DNA of 64,000 nucleotides from an uncultured Verrucomicrobiota bacterium (GTDB lineage Bacteria; Verrucomicrobiota; Kiritimatiellia; CAIQIC01; Lenti-01), in contig CAYMTY010000006.1 of NCBI GenBank assembly GCA_964393515.1, forward strand, positions 38,334 to 102,333, in the 5' to 3' direction. The translations under genes and the position numbers were made by a program. This document shows, piece after piece, positions 1-7,849 of this stretch (its first letter is position 1; every line of letters begins with the position of its first letter). Below the pieces are notes generated by a model. That model did no database searches, was not told where the DNA came from, and was given only the letters and a program-made list of their open reading frames with translations.

Positions 1-302
1 GGCCGCATACAGGACATCGGCCAGCTGCACGGGCATGACGATGTCGGGCTTGATCTTCCGCAGCATGCGGGTGACGGCCAGAAAACGCTCTTCCTGCAGG
101 CCCAGCGGCGCGCGTAGGCGGTGGACGTCCGCATACGGATACCGCGCCAGATATCGCGCCGGCGCATGATGCCGCCGGCCTTCCGCCAGCGCCACCTGGA
201 TGGTCCAGCCGCGCCCGCCGAGCCCGCGGGCCAGGCTCCACAGCCACTCCTCGACGCCGCCGCCCGTGTAGGCGGATTGCGAGCAGAAAAGGAGACTAGG
301 CA
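1..302 (-). CDS. Glycosyltransferase, GT4-like N-terminus. 5' part only; the gene continues beyond the window start.
   Basis: The reverse-complement translation from the ATG at 302 reads MPSLLFCSQSAYTGGGVEEWLWSLARGLGGRGWTIQVALAEG..., a typical GT4 N-terminal Rossmann motif. It is not in the ORF track because it is truncated by the window edge. Confidence 0.45.
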
Positions 303-1552
303 TGGCCCCCCCTCGGACCGGCGGGTTGGTCCGTTTCCCAAGCCGGTCCGCCCGGCAGCCGCGGATCCAGGGCCGCAAGATCCACCGCGGGAAATCCGAT
401 GAAGCGCGGTTCCGGTTCGAGACGCACTCCGGTCCGCTCCCAAACCGTCCGGATCAGGTGGACCGCCAGGCGGAGGATGTCCGCAGCGCGGGCCGCACCC
501 GTGGCATTCACCAGAATCACCGGATTGGCGGGATGCAGGGCGGCGCCGCCGGCCCGCGCATCCTGGAGCCCAAATAGCTTGACCAGTTCACCGGCCGGAA
601 TCTTTACGCCGTTGTCCGCCGGAAAGCGCCGCCCGATGGATTCGATGCGCCGCGCGGCCTCCCCGCCGAATTCACCGGAAACCCGGGCCAGCAAGAGGCC
701 AAAGGCGGATTCGTCCAGGACGACATTCTGGAAGAACGAGCCCGCGTTACCCGTGGTCTGCGCATCCGGCAGCCGGCCGTCCGTGCGAAGGGCGAGAATG
801 CACGCCCGCATTTGCGTCAGCGTCGGCGGTTTCTGCAACCGGGCCAGCAGGGACCGGCAGACGGGCACGCGGCGGGCCAGCCCCCGGCGCAGGCGGCCCC
901 CCCCGCCGGTTGCCCGGCGTTCCAGAAGATGGGCCACGGCCGCATGGCTTGTGTTGGCACGGCCCTGGCGGAGCAGCCGGAAGACAACCCGGGACACTAC
1001 ATACCGGCCGGCGTGACCCGTGTTGAAGATACTGCGCCGGTACCCGAAGCCGCAAGCATCGGCCGGCAGGACGGTCCAGCCCCCGGCTTGGGAGTCCCAG
1101 GCCTCGACCCGCACGATGGTGTCGGCGACCTCCTGGCCGTAGGCGCCCACGTTCTGGACTGGAACCGCGCCCGCGGTGCCGGGGATCCCCGACAAATTTT
1201 CGACGCCCCACCAGCCCTGTTTGGCAGCATGCGCCACAAACCGGTCCCAGTTCTCCCCCGCCGCGACCCGAACCCCCACGTCCTCCGCATCCTCCGCCAA
1301 GGTCTCGATCCCCCGGGTGGCCATGCGCAGGACAACGCCGTTCACGCCGCCGTCGGCCACCACCACATTGCTGCCGCCACCCAGAACGAAAAAGGGCAGT
1401 TTGTTTTCCTGCGCGAATCGCCAAGCGGCGGGGATGTGCGCTTCCGTCTCCACCGGGATCAAATAACGTGCCGCCCCGCCCACCCGGAAGGTGGTCATGG
1501 GTGCCAAAGGCACGTTTTCCAGAATCTGCAGTTCAGGCCGGCCCATCGTCAA
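296..1552 (-). CDS. murB: UDP-N-acetylenolpyruvoylglucosamine reductase (MurB), long form with a C-terminal insertion.
   Basis: Motifs TTFRVGGAARYL, VLGGGSNVVV, GIPGTAGAVPVQNVGAYGQEV and GNAGSFFQNV match the MurB FAD-binding and substrate domains. Confidence 0.8.
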   Translation of the reverse strand: MTMGRPELQILENVPLAPMTTFRVGGAARYLIPVETEAHIPAAWRFAQENKLPFFVLGGGSNVVVADGGVNGVVLRMATRGIETLAEDAEDVGVRVAAGENWDRFVAHAAKQGWWGVENLSGIPGTAGAVPVQNVGAYGQEVADTIVRVEAWDSQAGGWTVLPADACGFGYRRSIFNTGHAGRYVVSRVVFRLLRQGRANTSHAAVAHLLERRATGGGGRLRRGLARRVPVCRSLLARLQKPPTLTQMRACILALRTDGRLPDAQTTGNAGSFFQNVVLDESAFGLLLARVSGEFGGEAARRIESIGRRFPADNGVKIPAGELVKLFGLQDARAGGAALHPANPVILVNATGAARAADILRLAVHLIRTVWERTGVRLEPEPRFIGFPAVDLAALDPRLPGGPAWETDQPAGPRGGHA

Positions 1553-2852
1553 AACTCACTTGGGTTGGCGGCGAACCAGCCAGTTTTGCCATCATGCCGG
1601 CGGCCGTTTCCTGGCAGCGCCGGCGGTTCCGCGCGGCCTGCGCGCCAATGGCCGCCCAGTCCCACGGGCGGTCCAGGGCGGCCTGCAGACAGCGCACAAT
1701 CGACTCTTGCGTAAACTCATTCCGCCGGCAGCGGCATACCGCGCCCAGGCCGAAAGGCTCCAGCATGTCCAGGCTCTTGCTGTGGGCGCTGCGGTGCCGC
1801 ATGGCCGTGATGTCCACGTTGCACAGGGGCGTGCCGTACATGAGCGCCGCGATGCTGGGATGCGTCCGGACCGTGAAGAGAAAGTCCAGGGAACGGATCA
1901 CGCTCCACCATTCGAAAGGCGTGAGCATTTCGGACGCCAAATCGATGTCGGTGCCGGGATTGGGGTCAATCACCGAAACCAGCCGGAACCCGCGCTCCCG
2001 AAGAGCCGGCAAGACCCAGCGTTGCAGCCTTTCCCCATAATATCCGCGCAGCGGGAAGAGCACGCCGGCATATCGGCGACCCGGCTCGATGCCTGAACGG
2101 CGGAGCCGCCCTTCGACGTCGGGCAGGGCCGACTCAGACAACCACGCCGGATCCGGCGTCACATGGGCCCGTTGCCCGAGCCCTTCGTCCAGCGCGGCCA
2201 GAAAGGACCGCGTGGGCCGATCGCGGACGGAGATGAAATCGAATGCTTCCAGGTAATGCCGCATGGTTTCCCGCAACGGGGCCGGCAGCCGCCGGTAATC
2301 GGAATAGCCGATGGAGACCGCAAAAGCGGCTTTGCGCAGAGGCAAATCAGGGGATAGCCAGTAGGCGTTTGGAAAGGGAATGCGGCGCGGATCGGGCCGG
2401 GTGGCGGCCCGCCAAATCCGCCGGCCCCAATTCTTCACGTCCCGGGCATAGGCATAGGCGGATCGGCGCGACGGATGCAACCCGCCCACGCCTTCGCGCG
2501 CGGCGAGCAGGCGCGCCCCAAAAGGGCGCGGACGGTCGAATTGCCAGACCACGTCGCTCCCCACAATCACGGCATCATAGCGGCTCTGGATCAGCTGGAA
2601 CAGTTCGCCGGTGCCGTCCGACTCCAGCCGCTCGCGCCCCTTGAGTTCGGCAATCACCGCCTCCCGCCGGTCCAGAGCCGCGGGATTGCCCATGGCCCGG
2701 ATCGACTGATGCTTGGCGGCGTGCCGGTAATCGATGATCTCGAACGCATGCTCGCGGAATTGAGCGCGGAGATAATGGCCCAGCGCATGGGCCTGCCAGA
2801 TTGCACCTTCGTTGCCGACAAAGTGATAGGTTAGAATCCCGCAGCGCATCAA
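1533..2852 (-). CDS. Polysaccharide pyruvyl transferase family protein (CsaB/WcaK-like).
   Basis: 439 aa. The N-terminus MMRCGILTYHFVGNEGAIWQAHAL and overall length fit PS_pyruv_trans. Its ATGA start overlaps the stop of the upstream GT2. Confidence 0.6.
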   Translation of the reverse strand: MMRCGILTYHFVGNEGAIWQAHALGHYLRAQFREHAFEIIDYRHAAKHQSIRAMGNPAALDRREAVIAELKGRERLESDGTGELFQLIQSRYDAVIVGSDVVWQFDRPRPFGARLLAAREGVGGLHPSRRSAYAYARDVKNWGRRIWRAATRPDPRRIPFPNAYWLSPDLPLRKAAFAVSIGYSDYRRLPAPLRETMRHYLEAFDFISVRDRPTRSFLAALDEGLGQRAHVTPDPAWLSESALPDVEGRLRRSGIEPGRRYAGVLFPLRGYYGERLQRWVLPALRERGFRLVSVIDPNPGTDIDLASEMLTPFEWWSVIRSLDFLFTVRTHPSIAALMYGTPLCNVDITAMRHRSAHSKSLDMLEPFGLGAVCRCRRNEFTQESIVRCLQAALDRPWDWAAIGAQAARNRRRCQETAAGMMAKLAGSPPTQVSFDDGPA

Positions 2853-3844
2853 TCGGCCTCCGGGACGGATGCCGGAAAGGCCGGGCGCCGCAGCCGCAGG
2901 CCTTCCAGAACGGTGCTGGCCGCGCAGCGGCGGATCGTGTCGCGGGCCAACAGAAACGGATGCCGGGCCAGCATGCCGGCCAGATGCCTCCCGGCTGGAG
3001 CGAATTGCCGGCTGGCCCGCAACTGCCGGTTGTCGCCCAGCACCCGGGCCACCAGCGCTTTTTCCAGCAGGCCGATCTTCGCGGGCGGGACGGGATGGCG
3101 CCGGGCCCAGGCCAGGGCTTCCGCGACCACCCGCGAATTGACGGGCCGGAAGCGGCCCGTGAAGAGGGAGGACGAGTGATTTGCGGCGTGGATCCGGTAG
3201 ACGCAGATCGGCTCCGGACCGGCCGAAACGATGCGCGCCACGCTGGCCAGCTTAAGCCACAGGACCGCATCCTGGGCGACCCGCAGGCGGCTGAATCCGC
3301 CCACGGCCTCGAAGATGCGCTTACGCATCAGGATCGCATTGGCCGACCAGGCCAGACCGCCAAACAGCCGTTTTTCCAGAACGGCTTCCGGATCTTCGCA
3401 ATCGAAAACTGTCTGTTCCCGCACCCGGGGCGCCCGCCATTCCCCCCCGGGTTCGACCACGCGTTGGGTGGTTCCACACACGGCATCCACTTCGGGCGAG
3501 CGGTCGAGGATTTCTGCCGCCCGGGCGAATCGATGGGGATAAACATAGTCGTCCGCGCCCAGGAACGCCAAATAGCTTCCGGTGGCGAGGCGCGCGCCGC
3601 AGTTCAGCGTCCGGCCGACGCCGCGATGGGCGTGGTGTCGGTGGGCCACCGGCCGCACGCCGGGATGCCGCCGCGCCAGATCCCGGGCGATTTCGCGCGA
3701 GCGGTCGCGCGAGCCGTCATCCACAATGACGACCTCCAGGTCGGGATAGCCGGTCGCATACAGGGATTCAACCGCCTGTTCCAGGTACCGGGCGGCATTC
3801 CGGCAGGGGATGATGACGGAGATTCTGTTCGGGGTCACCGGCAT
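2849..3844 (-). CDS. Family 2 glycosyltransferase.
   Basis: MPVTPNRISVIIPCRNAARYLEQAVESLYATGYPDLEVVIVDDGSRD carries the GT2 DxD region. The true start was taken as the internal ATG at 3844, because the track ORF runs on into wzt. Confidence 0.75.
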   Translation of the reverse strand: MPVTPNRISVIIPCRNAARYLEQAVESLYATGYPDLEVVIVDDGSRDRSREIARDLARRHPGVRPVAHRHHAHRGVGRTLNCGARLATGSYLAFLGADDYVYPHRFARAAEILDRSPEVDAVCGTTQRVVEPGGEWRAPRVREQTVFDCEDPEAVLEKRLFGGLAWSANAILMRKRIFEAVGGFSRLRVAQDAVLWLKLASVARIVSAGPEPICVYRIHAANHSSSLFTGRFRPVNSRVVAEALAWARRHPVPPAKIGLLEKALVARVLGDNRQLRASRQFAPAGRHLAGMLARHPFLLARDTIRRCAASTVLEGLRLRRPAFPASVPEAD

Positions 3845-3855
3845 GGTCCCGGCCC

Positions 3856-5172
3856 TCACAGTTGCCGCCAGCGCGCCGCCGGCGCCAACAGCGGCGGCAC
3901 CCGGCCGGTCGGCGCGACATGCGGCGACGCCGATTCGACCCGGAACCAGAGGTGCCGGGCCCCGACCCCTACCGGCTGGAATTTCTCCAGCAGCACCACG
4001 TTGCAGTAGTAGGCGCCCGTGGCCAGCGGCAGCGCCCCCAGGGAGCAGCGAAACCGGCTGGTTCCCGCCGGGAGTGCCAGGGCGGTTTCCGCATCGGACC
4101 GGCACAGGCACAGGAAGACGCCCAGATGGGAATACAGGCCGATGTGCACGGCGAAATGCGCGAACGGCCGGGCGGCGGCCACTTCGAGTTCGAACTCCAG
4201 TTCTTTCCCGTCCTGGTAGATTTCGGAAACCGCGCGGCCGGCATCGCACAGACAGAAGCGGCGCAGCGCCAGCGCGCCGCCGCTCAAATCCCGGTATTCG
4301 TCCCCCGCCCCTTCGACGTGGCCGTCGAGATAGGCTTCGATGCAGGCGGCGGGCGGGCCCTGCTGGACGATGCGGCCGGCTTCCAGCCGCAGGGCCCGGG
4401 TGCAGAGCCGTTCCACGGCCGCCATGTTGTGACTCACAAACAGCACGGTCCGGCCGTGGCTGACCACGTCCTGGATCTTGCCGATGCACTTCTGCTGGAA
4501 TTCGGCGTCGCCCACCGCCAGCACCTCGTCCACGATGAGGATGTCGGGCTCGAGGTGGGCGGCCACGGCGAAGCCCAGGCGCACGACCATGCCGCTGGAG
4601 TAGCGCTTGACGGGCGTGTCGAGAAAGCGGGCGCAGCCGGAGAATTCGACGATTTCGTCCAGCTTGCCCCGGATTTCGGTCCGGGTCATGCCCAGGATCG
4701 CGCCATTGAGGTAAATGTTCTCGCGTCCGGTCAGGTCGGGATGGAACCCGGTGCCGACCTCGAGCAGGCTGGCGATCCGGCCGTCGATGCGGACTTCGCC
4801 CGCGGTGGGCGCCGTCACGCGGCTGAGGATTTTCAGCAGGGTGCTCTTGCCGGCGCCGTTGCGGCCGATGATGCCCAGCACCTCCCCCTGCCGGACCTCG
4901 AACTGGATGTTCCGCAAGGCCCAGACGTAGTCGGAGGAGAGGGCGGAGGGCGGAGAGCTGAAACCTGAAGCGATCGATGTTTCAGCTTTCAGTCTTCCGC
5001 CTTCCGCCCTCTGGTCCCGGATGTTCGCCTGGGTGACCTTGAGATAGGGATCGGGCCGGCCGCGGACCCGGTGCCACCAGCGGTTCAGGTCGTGGGACAG
5101 CGTACCGGTGGAAACCTCCCCCAGCCGGTATTGTTTGGAGAGGTTTTCGACCTGGATGATGACAGAACTCAT
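3856..5172 (-). CDS. wzt: ABC transporter ATP-binding protein for polysaccharide/O-antigen export (Wzt/TagH-like), with a C-terminal carbohydrate-binding extension.
   Basis: Walker A GIIGRNGAGKSTLL, signature YSSGMVVRLGFAVA and Walker B ILIVDEVLAVGD are present. There is a roughly 190-aa C-terminal extension of the kind seen in Wzt. Confidence 0.85.
   Translation of the reverse strand: MSSVIIQVENLSKQYRLGEVSTGTLSHDLNRWWHRVRGRPDPYLKVTQANIRDQRAEGGRLKAETSIASGFSSPPSALSSDYVWALRNIQFEVRQGEVLGIIGRNGAGKSTLLKILSRVTAPTAGEVRIDGRIASLLEVGTGFHPDLTGRENIYLNGAILGMTRTEIRGKLDEIVEFSGCARFLDTPVKRYSSGMVVRLGFAVAAHLEPDILIVDEVLAVGDAEFQQKCIGKIQDVVSHGRTVLFVSHNMAAVERLCTRALRLEAGRIVQQGPPAACIEAYLDGHVEGAGDEYRDLSGGALALRRFCLCDAGRAVSEIYQDGKELEFELEVAAARPFAHFAVHIGLYSHLGVFLCLCRSDAETALALPAGTSRFRCSLGALPLATGAYYCNVVLLEKFQPVGVGARHLWFRVESASPHVAPTGRVPPLLAPAARWRQL
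4935..5012. repeat. 78-bp imperfect palindrome (hairpin) embedded in-frame within wzt.
   Basis: GAGAGGGCGGAGGGCGGAGAGCTGAAACCTGAAGCGATCG is mirrored by CGATGTTTCAGCTTTCAGTCTTCCGCCTTCCGCCCTCTGG at about 85% arm complementarity. It encodes the linker ...AETSIASGFSSPPSALSS.... It shares the CTGAAAGCTGAAAG core with the cassette-1 inverted repeats. Confidence 0.6.
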
Positions 5173-5205
5173 GAGGGATGAGGGCTGAAAGCTGAAAGGT
5201 GAAGT
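5173..5205. repeat. Left inverted repeat of IVS-like cassette 1. It abuts the wzt start codon.
   Basis: GAGGGATGAGGGCTGAAAGCTGAAAGGTGAAG is matched at about 85% by the reverse complement of 5598-5634. Confidence 0.55.
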
Positions 5206-5222
5206 TGACTGAGAAACAACAT

Positions 5223-5590
5223 CTATTTTGCCTTAACCTTCTTGGCCATGGTTACGAATATGGCGATCAATTCATTGGATTCGTGCAGGAGCAACTCCAG
5301 ATTCGGCAAGGTGATTCCGCATTCCTCGCGCAGCAGTTCCAGCCATAACATGGACTCATCCGCCTCTTGTGTGCATAGCTCGATCTTGGCGACAAACTCG
5401 GCATCACTTCGCGCACGGGATGCCTCGCGATAGTTGGCTGCGACGGATGTGCCGGAACGCAGTGTTGCTTGCCCAGTATTTGAACTTCCGGCCGATTCTT
5501 GGGCAAGGTGCAATAAAGCCAGATCACCTTGGCCGCATACTGCTTGGTCCGGAGGCGAAAAGCCTCTTTCTTAGCCTCATATTCCGACAT
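5223..5590 (-). pseudogene. Four-helix-bundle protein (23S rRNA intervening-sequence protein family, TIGR02436/PF05635-like). The gene is disrupted by a 1-nt frameshift.
   Basis: The N-terminal half MSEYEAKKEAFRLRTKQYAAKVIWLYCTLPKNRPEVQILGKQ is in one frame (ORF 5267..5590). The C-terminal half ...GQATLRSGTSVAANYREASRARSDAEFVAKIELCTQ... is in another (ORF 5223..5513). Together they reconstruct the family hallmark L.SQ.RRAA.S...NI.EG. Local GC is low. Confidence 0.6.
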
Positions 5591-5597
5591 CAGCAGT

Positions 5598-5634
5598 TTC
5601 CTCAGCTTTCACCTTTCAGCCCTCAGCCCTCTAT
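5598..5634. repeat. Right inverted repeat of IVS-like cassette 1. It overlaps the wzm stop codon.
   Basis: The reverse complement AGAGGGCTGAGGGCTGAAAGGTGAAAGCTGAGGAAA matches the 5173-5205 repeat. Confidence 0.55.
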
Positions 5635-6545
5635 ACGGTATCCATGAAGGTCCGTTCCACGCGATTGAAGATGGCCACACCGGCCAGGAGCGCGACCACA
5701 GCAAAGGCGGCGCTGTAGGCCAGCAGGCCCCAGGAGAAAGTTCCCTGCCCGAGGAAGCCCAGGCGGAAGGTCTCCACGACGGGGGTCATGGGATTGATCA
5801 GGAGAAACCAGCGCCATTTCGCCGGGATGGCGGCCAGCGGATAGACCACCGGGGCGGCATACATCAGCAGGCGTACGCCGAACTCGAGCAGGAAGCGCAG
5901 GTCGCGGTACTTGGTGGTCAGCGAGCTGAACAGGATGCCCAGGCCCAGGGCCTGGGCGGCCATCAGGAGCACCAGCCCGGGAAACAGCCAAACCGCCCAG
6001 GTCAGTTCGATGTGCGCCCCGCGCCAGGCATACCAGGCCCAGAAGCACAGGAAGAACAGGAACTGCAGGATGAATTTCAACAGATGGGAGAGCGCGAGGG
6101 ACAGCGGCACGGCCAGCCGGGGAAAATACACCTTGCCGAACAGGTGCGCGTTGCCGATGAAGGTGTTGGCCGTCGCGGTGAGCACATTGGCGAAGTACAT
6201 CCAGACCACGTTGCCGCTCAGGTAAAACAGCATGCGCGGCAGGCCGTCGGTGCTCAATTTGGCGATGCTGCTGAACACGACGATGAAAATCAGCGTGGTC
6301 AGGAGCGGCTGGATCACGAACCAGGCCGGCCCGAGGATGGTCTGCTTGAACTGGGCCACGAAATCCCGGCGGACGAACATCGCCACCAGGTCCCGGTACC
6401 GCCAGAGATCGGTCAGGTGCAGGTCGAACCAGCGCACGCGCGGCCGCAGGACCAGCTGCCAGCGATGGTCCGCCGGCATGGGCGTCAGCGGTATCCCGGC
6501 CGGTGAAACGTCCCCGGCGGTTCCGGCAGCGGGAGCGGGATTCAT
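5631..6545 (-). CDS. wzm: ABC-2 type polysaccharide export permease (Wzm-like).
   Basis: Six hydrophobic segments. The ABC-2 fold is indicated by FVRRDFVAQFKQTILGPAWFVIQPLL and LFGKVYFPRLAVPL. Start was chosen at MNPAPAAG, where the ATGA overlaps the upstream stop. Confidence 0.8.
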   Translation of the reverse strand: MNPAPAAGTAGDVSPAGIPLTPMPADHRWQLVLRPRVRWFDLHLTDLWRYRDLVAMFVRRDFVAQFKQTILGPAWFVIQPLLTTLIFIVVFSSIAKLSTDGLPRMLFYLSGNVVWMYFANVLTATANTFIGNAHLFGKVYFPRLAVPLSLALSHLLKFILQFLFFLCFWAWYAWRGAHIELTWAVWLFPGLVLLMAAQALGLGILFSSLTTKYRDLRFLLEFGVRLLMYAAPVVYPLAAIPAKWRWFLLINPMTPVVETFRLGFLGQGTFSWGLLAYSAAFAVVALLAGVAIFNRVERTFMDTV

Positions 6546-7849
6546 GCCGCCGCCCGCCCTTCCTCCGCGGCGGGGCGGGTACCGGCCCACAGGCCGGCCC
6601 AGGCCGCCGCCAGCACAGCGATCAGCGGCATGCGCAAGGGAAAATCAATCAGGCTGTGCAGGCCCAGGGCGGCCAGGCCGAAGCCCAGCGCGCGCCGTTC
6701 GAGGCCGGCAAAGGAAGGGATTTCCATTCTGGGCGGGCCGCCGGATTTCCGGGCGGACAGCGCCAGGCCTGCGGCCAGCAGAGTCCAGAGCCCGCCCAGC
6801 AAGCCGAATTCGGACAGGAACTGGACGGGTTCGCAATGCGCATGCAGGACCATGCGTCCGGCGTTGACCGGCGCCGCATAATAGGGATGCACGATGGAAA
6901 ACGTGCCCGGCCCCGTGCCCCACAGCGGCGCCTCCTGCCAGGCCTTCAGGGTTTCGGCCAGGATGCCGCCGCGGAAATGCCATTCGCGCAGGAAAGCGGC
7001 GGGTTGGCGCCAGCTCCGGGCCAGGGTGACCGCCGCCCAGCCGATCAGGCCGGCCGCGGCCAGCCAGGCCAGCGCCCGGGCCGGCCGCGATCTCGGCGCT
7101 CCGGCGAAGGGATGCTGGCGGACCACCTGGCGGCAGAGGAGCACGTGGGCCGGCACCAGCAGCGCCAGCACCGCCACGCCTGCACGCGACCGGGAGGCCA
7201 CCACGGACGCAGCCAGCACCACGGCCCCCAGCAGCAGCAAGCCCGCTGGACTGGAAGGCCGCCCCGCCTGCACGGCGCTGAACCGGGCGCGGGCCGCCAG
7301 GGCCAGCGCCACCGGCAGGACCAGGTTCGCAAACGCGGCGAAATGGTTTTCATTCACGAAAATGCCGGTGTATTCGTAGATGGGAAAGCGCCGGGGCTCG
7401 AGCCGCTGGGCCAGCACCAGCAAGGCCATGGCGACAGCGCCCAGAACCACCGCCAGCAGCGCACCGCGGATTTGCCGCCCGGAAAGCTGGAACGCCAGGG
7501 CATAGGCGCCCAGCATGGCGGTCGCCACGCCCAACGCCGCCCAGGTCTCCGACGGACAAGCCGAACCCGGCAGGAAGCGCACATGGCCAACCGGCAGCAG
7601 GCCGGCGGCAGCCGTCCATTGGTGGGTGGCATTCCCGGCATAGAGCGCCACCAGCCCCAGCCCGGCAGCCGCGGCCAGCCCAATGCGTCCCCGGCAAGTG
7701 CCGCAGGCCAGGCCTGCGGCCAGCGCCCCCCCCCCCAGCGCCGGCAGCAGCCAGGCGCCCCAGGCCGGCGCCGCAAACGGCACCACCGCGGACGCGCCCA
7801 GCAACAACAGGAGCAGCGCCCCGAACCATGGACAACGGTCGGCTTTCAT
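6542..7849 (-). CDS. O-antigen ligase / Wzy_C family polytopic membrane protein.
   Basis: Multiple TM helices and a periplasmic loop carrying the Wzy_C-like stretch NENHFAAFANLVLPVALALAA. The ATGA start overlaps the wzc stop. Confidence 0.6.
   Translation of the reverse strand: MKADRCPWFGALLLLLLGASAVVPFAAPAWGAWLLPALGGGALAAGLACGTCRGRIGLAAAAGLGLVALYAGNATHQWTAAAGLLPVGHVRFLPGSACPSETWAALGVATAMLGAYALAFQLSGRQIRGALLAVVLGAVAMALLVLAQRLEPRRFPIYEYTGIFVNENHFAAFANLVLPVALALAARARFSAVQAGRPSSPAGLLLLGAVVLAASVVASRSRAGVAVLALLVPAHVLLCRQVVRQHPFAGAPRSRPARALAWLAAAGLIGWAAVTLARSWRQPAAFLREWHFRGGILAETLKAWQEAPLWGTGPGTFSIVHPYYAAPVNAGRMVLHAHCEPVQFLSEFGLLGGLWTLLAAGLALSARKSGGPPRMEIPSFAGLERRALGFGLAALGLHSLIDFPLRMPLIAVLAAAWAGLWAGTRPAAEEGRAAA

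Noticed and set aside
3862-4968. 368-aa plus-strand ORF antisense to wzt (and 7828..10005 antisense to wzc).
   Set aside because: Wzt and Wzc have unambiguous Walker motifs on the minus strand. The antisense frames are compositional artefacts.
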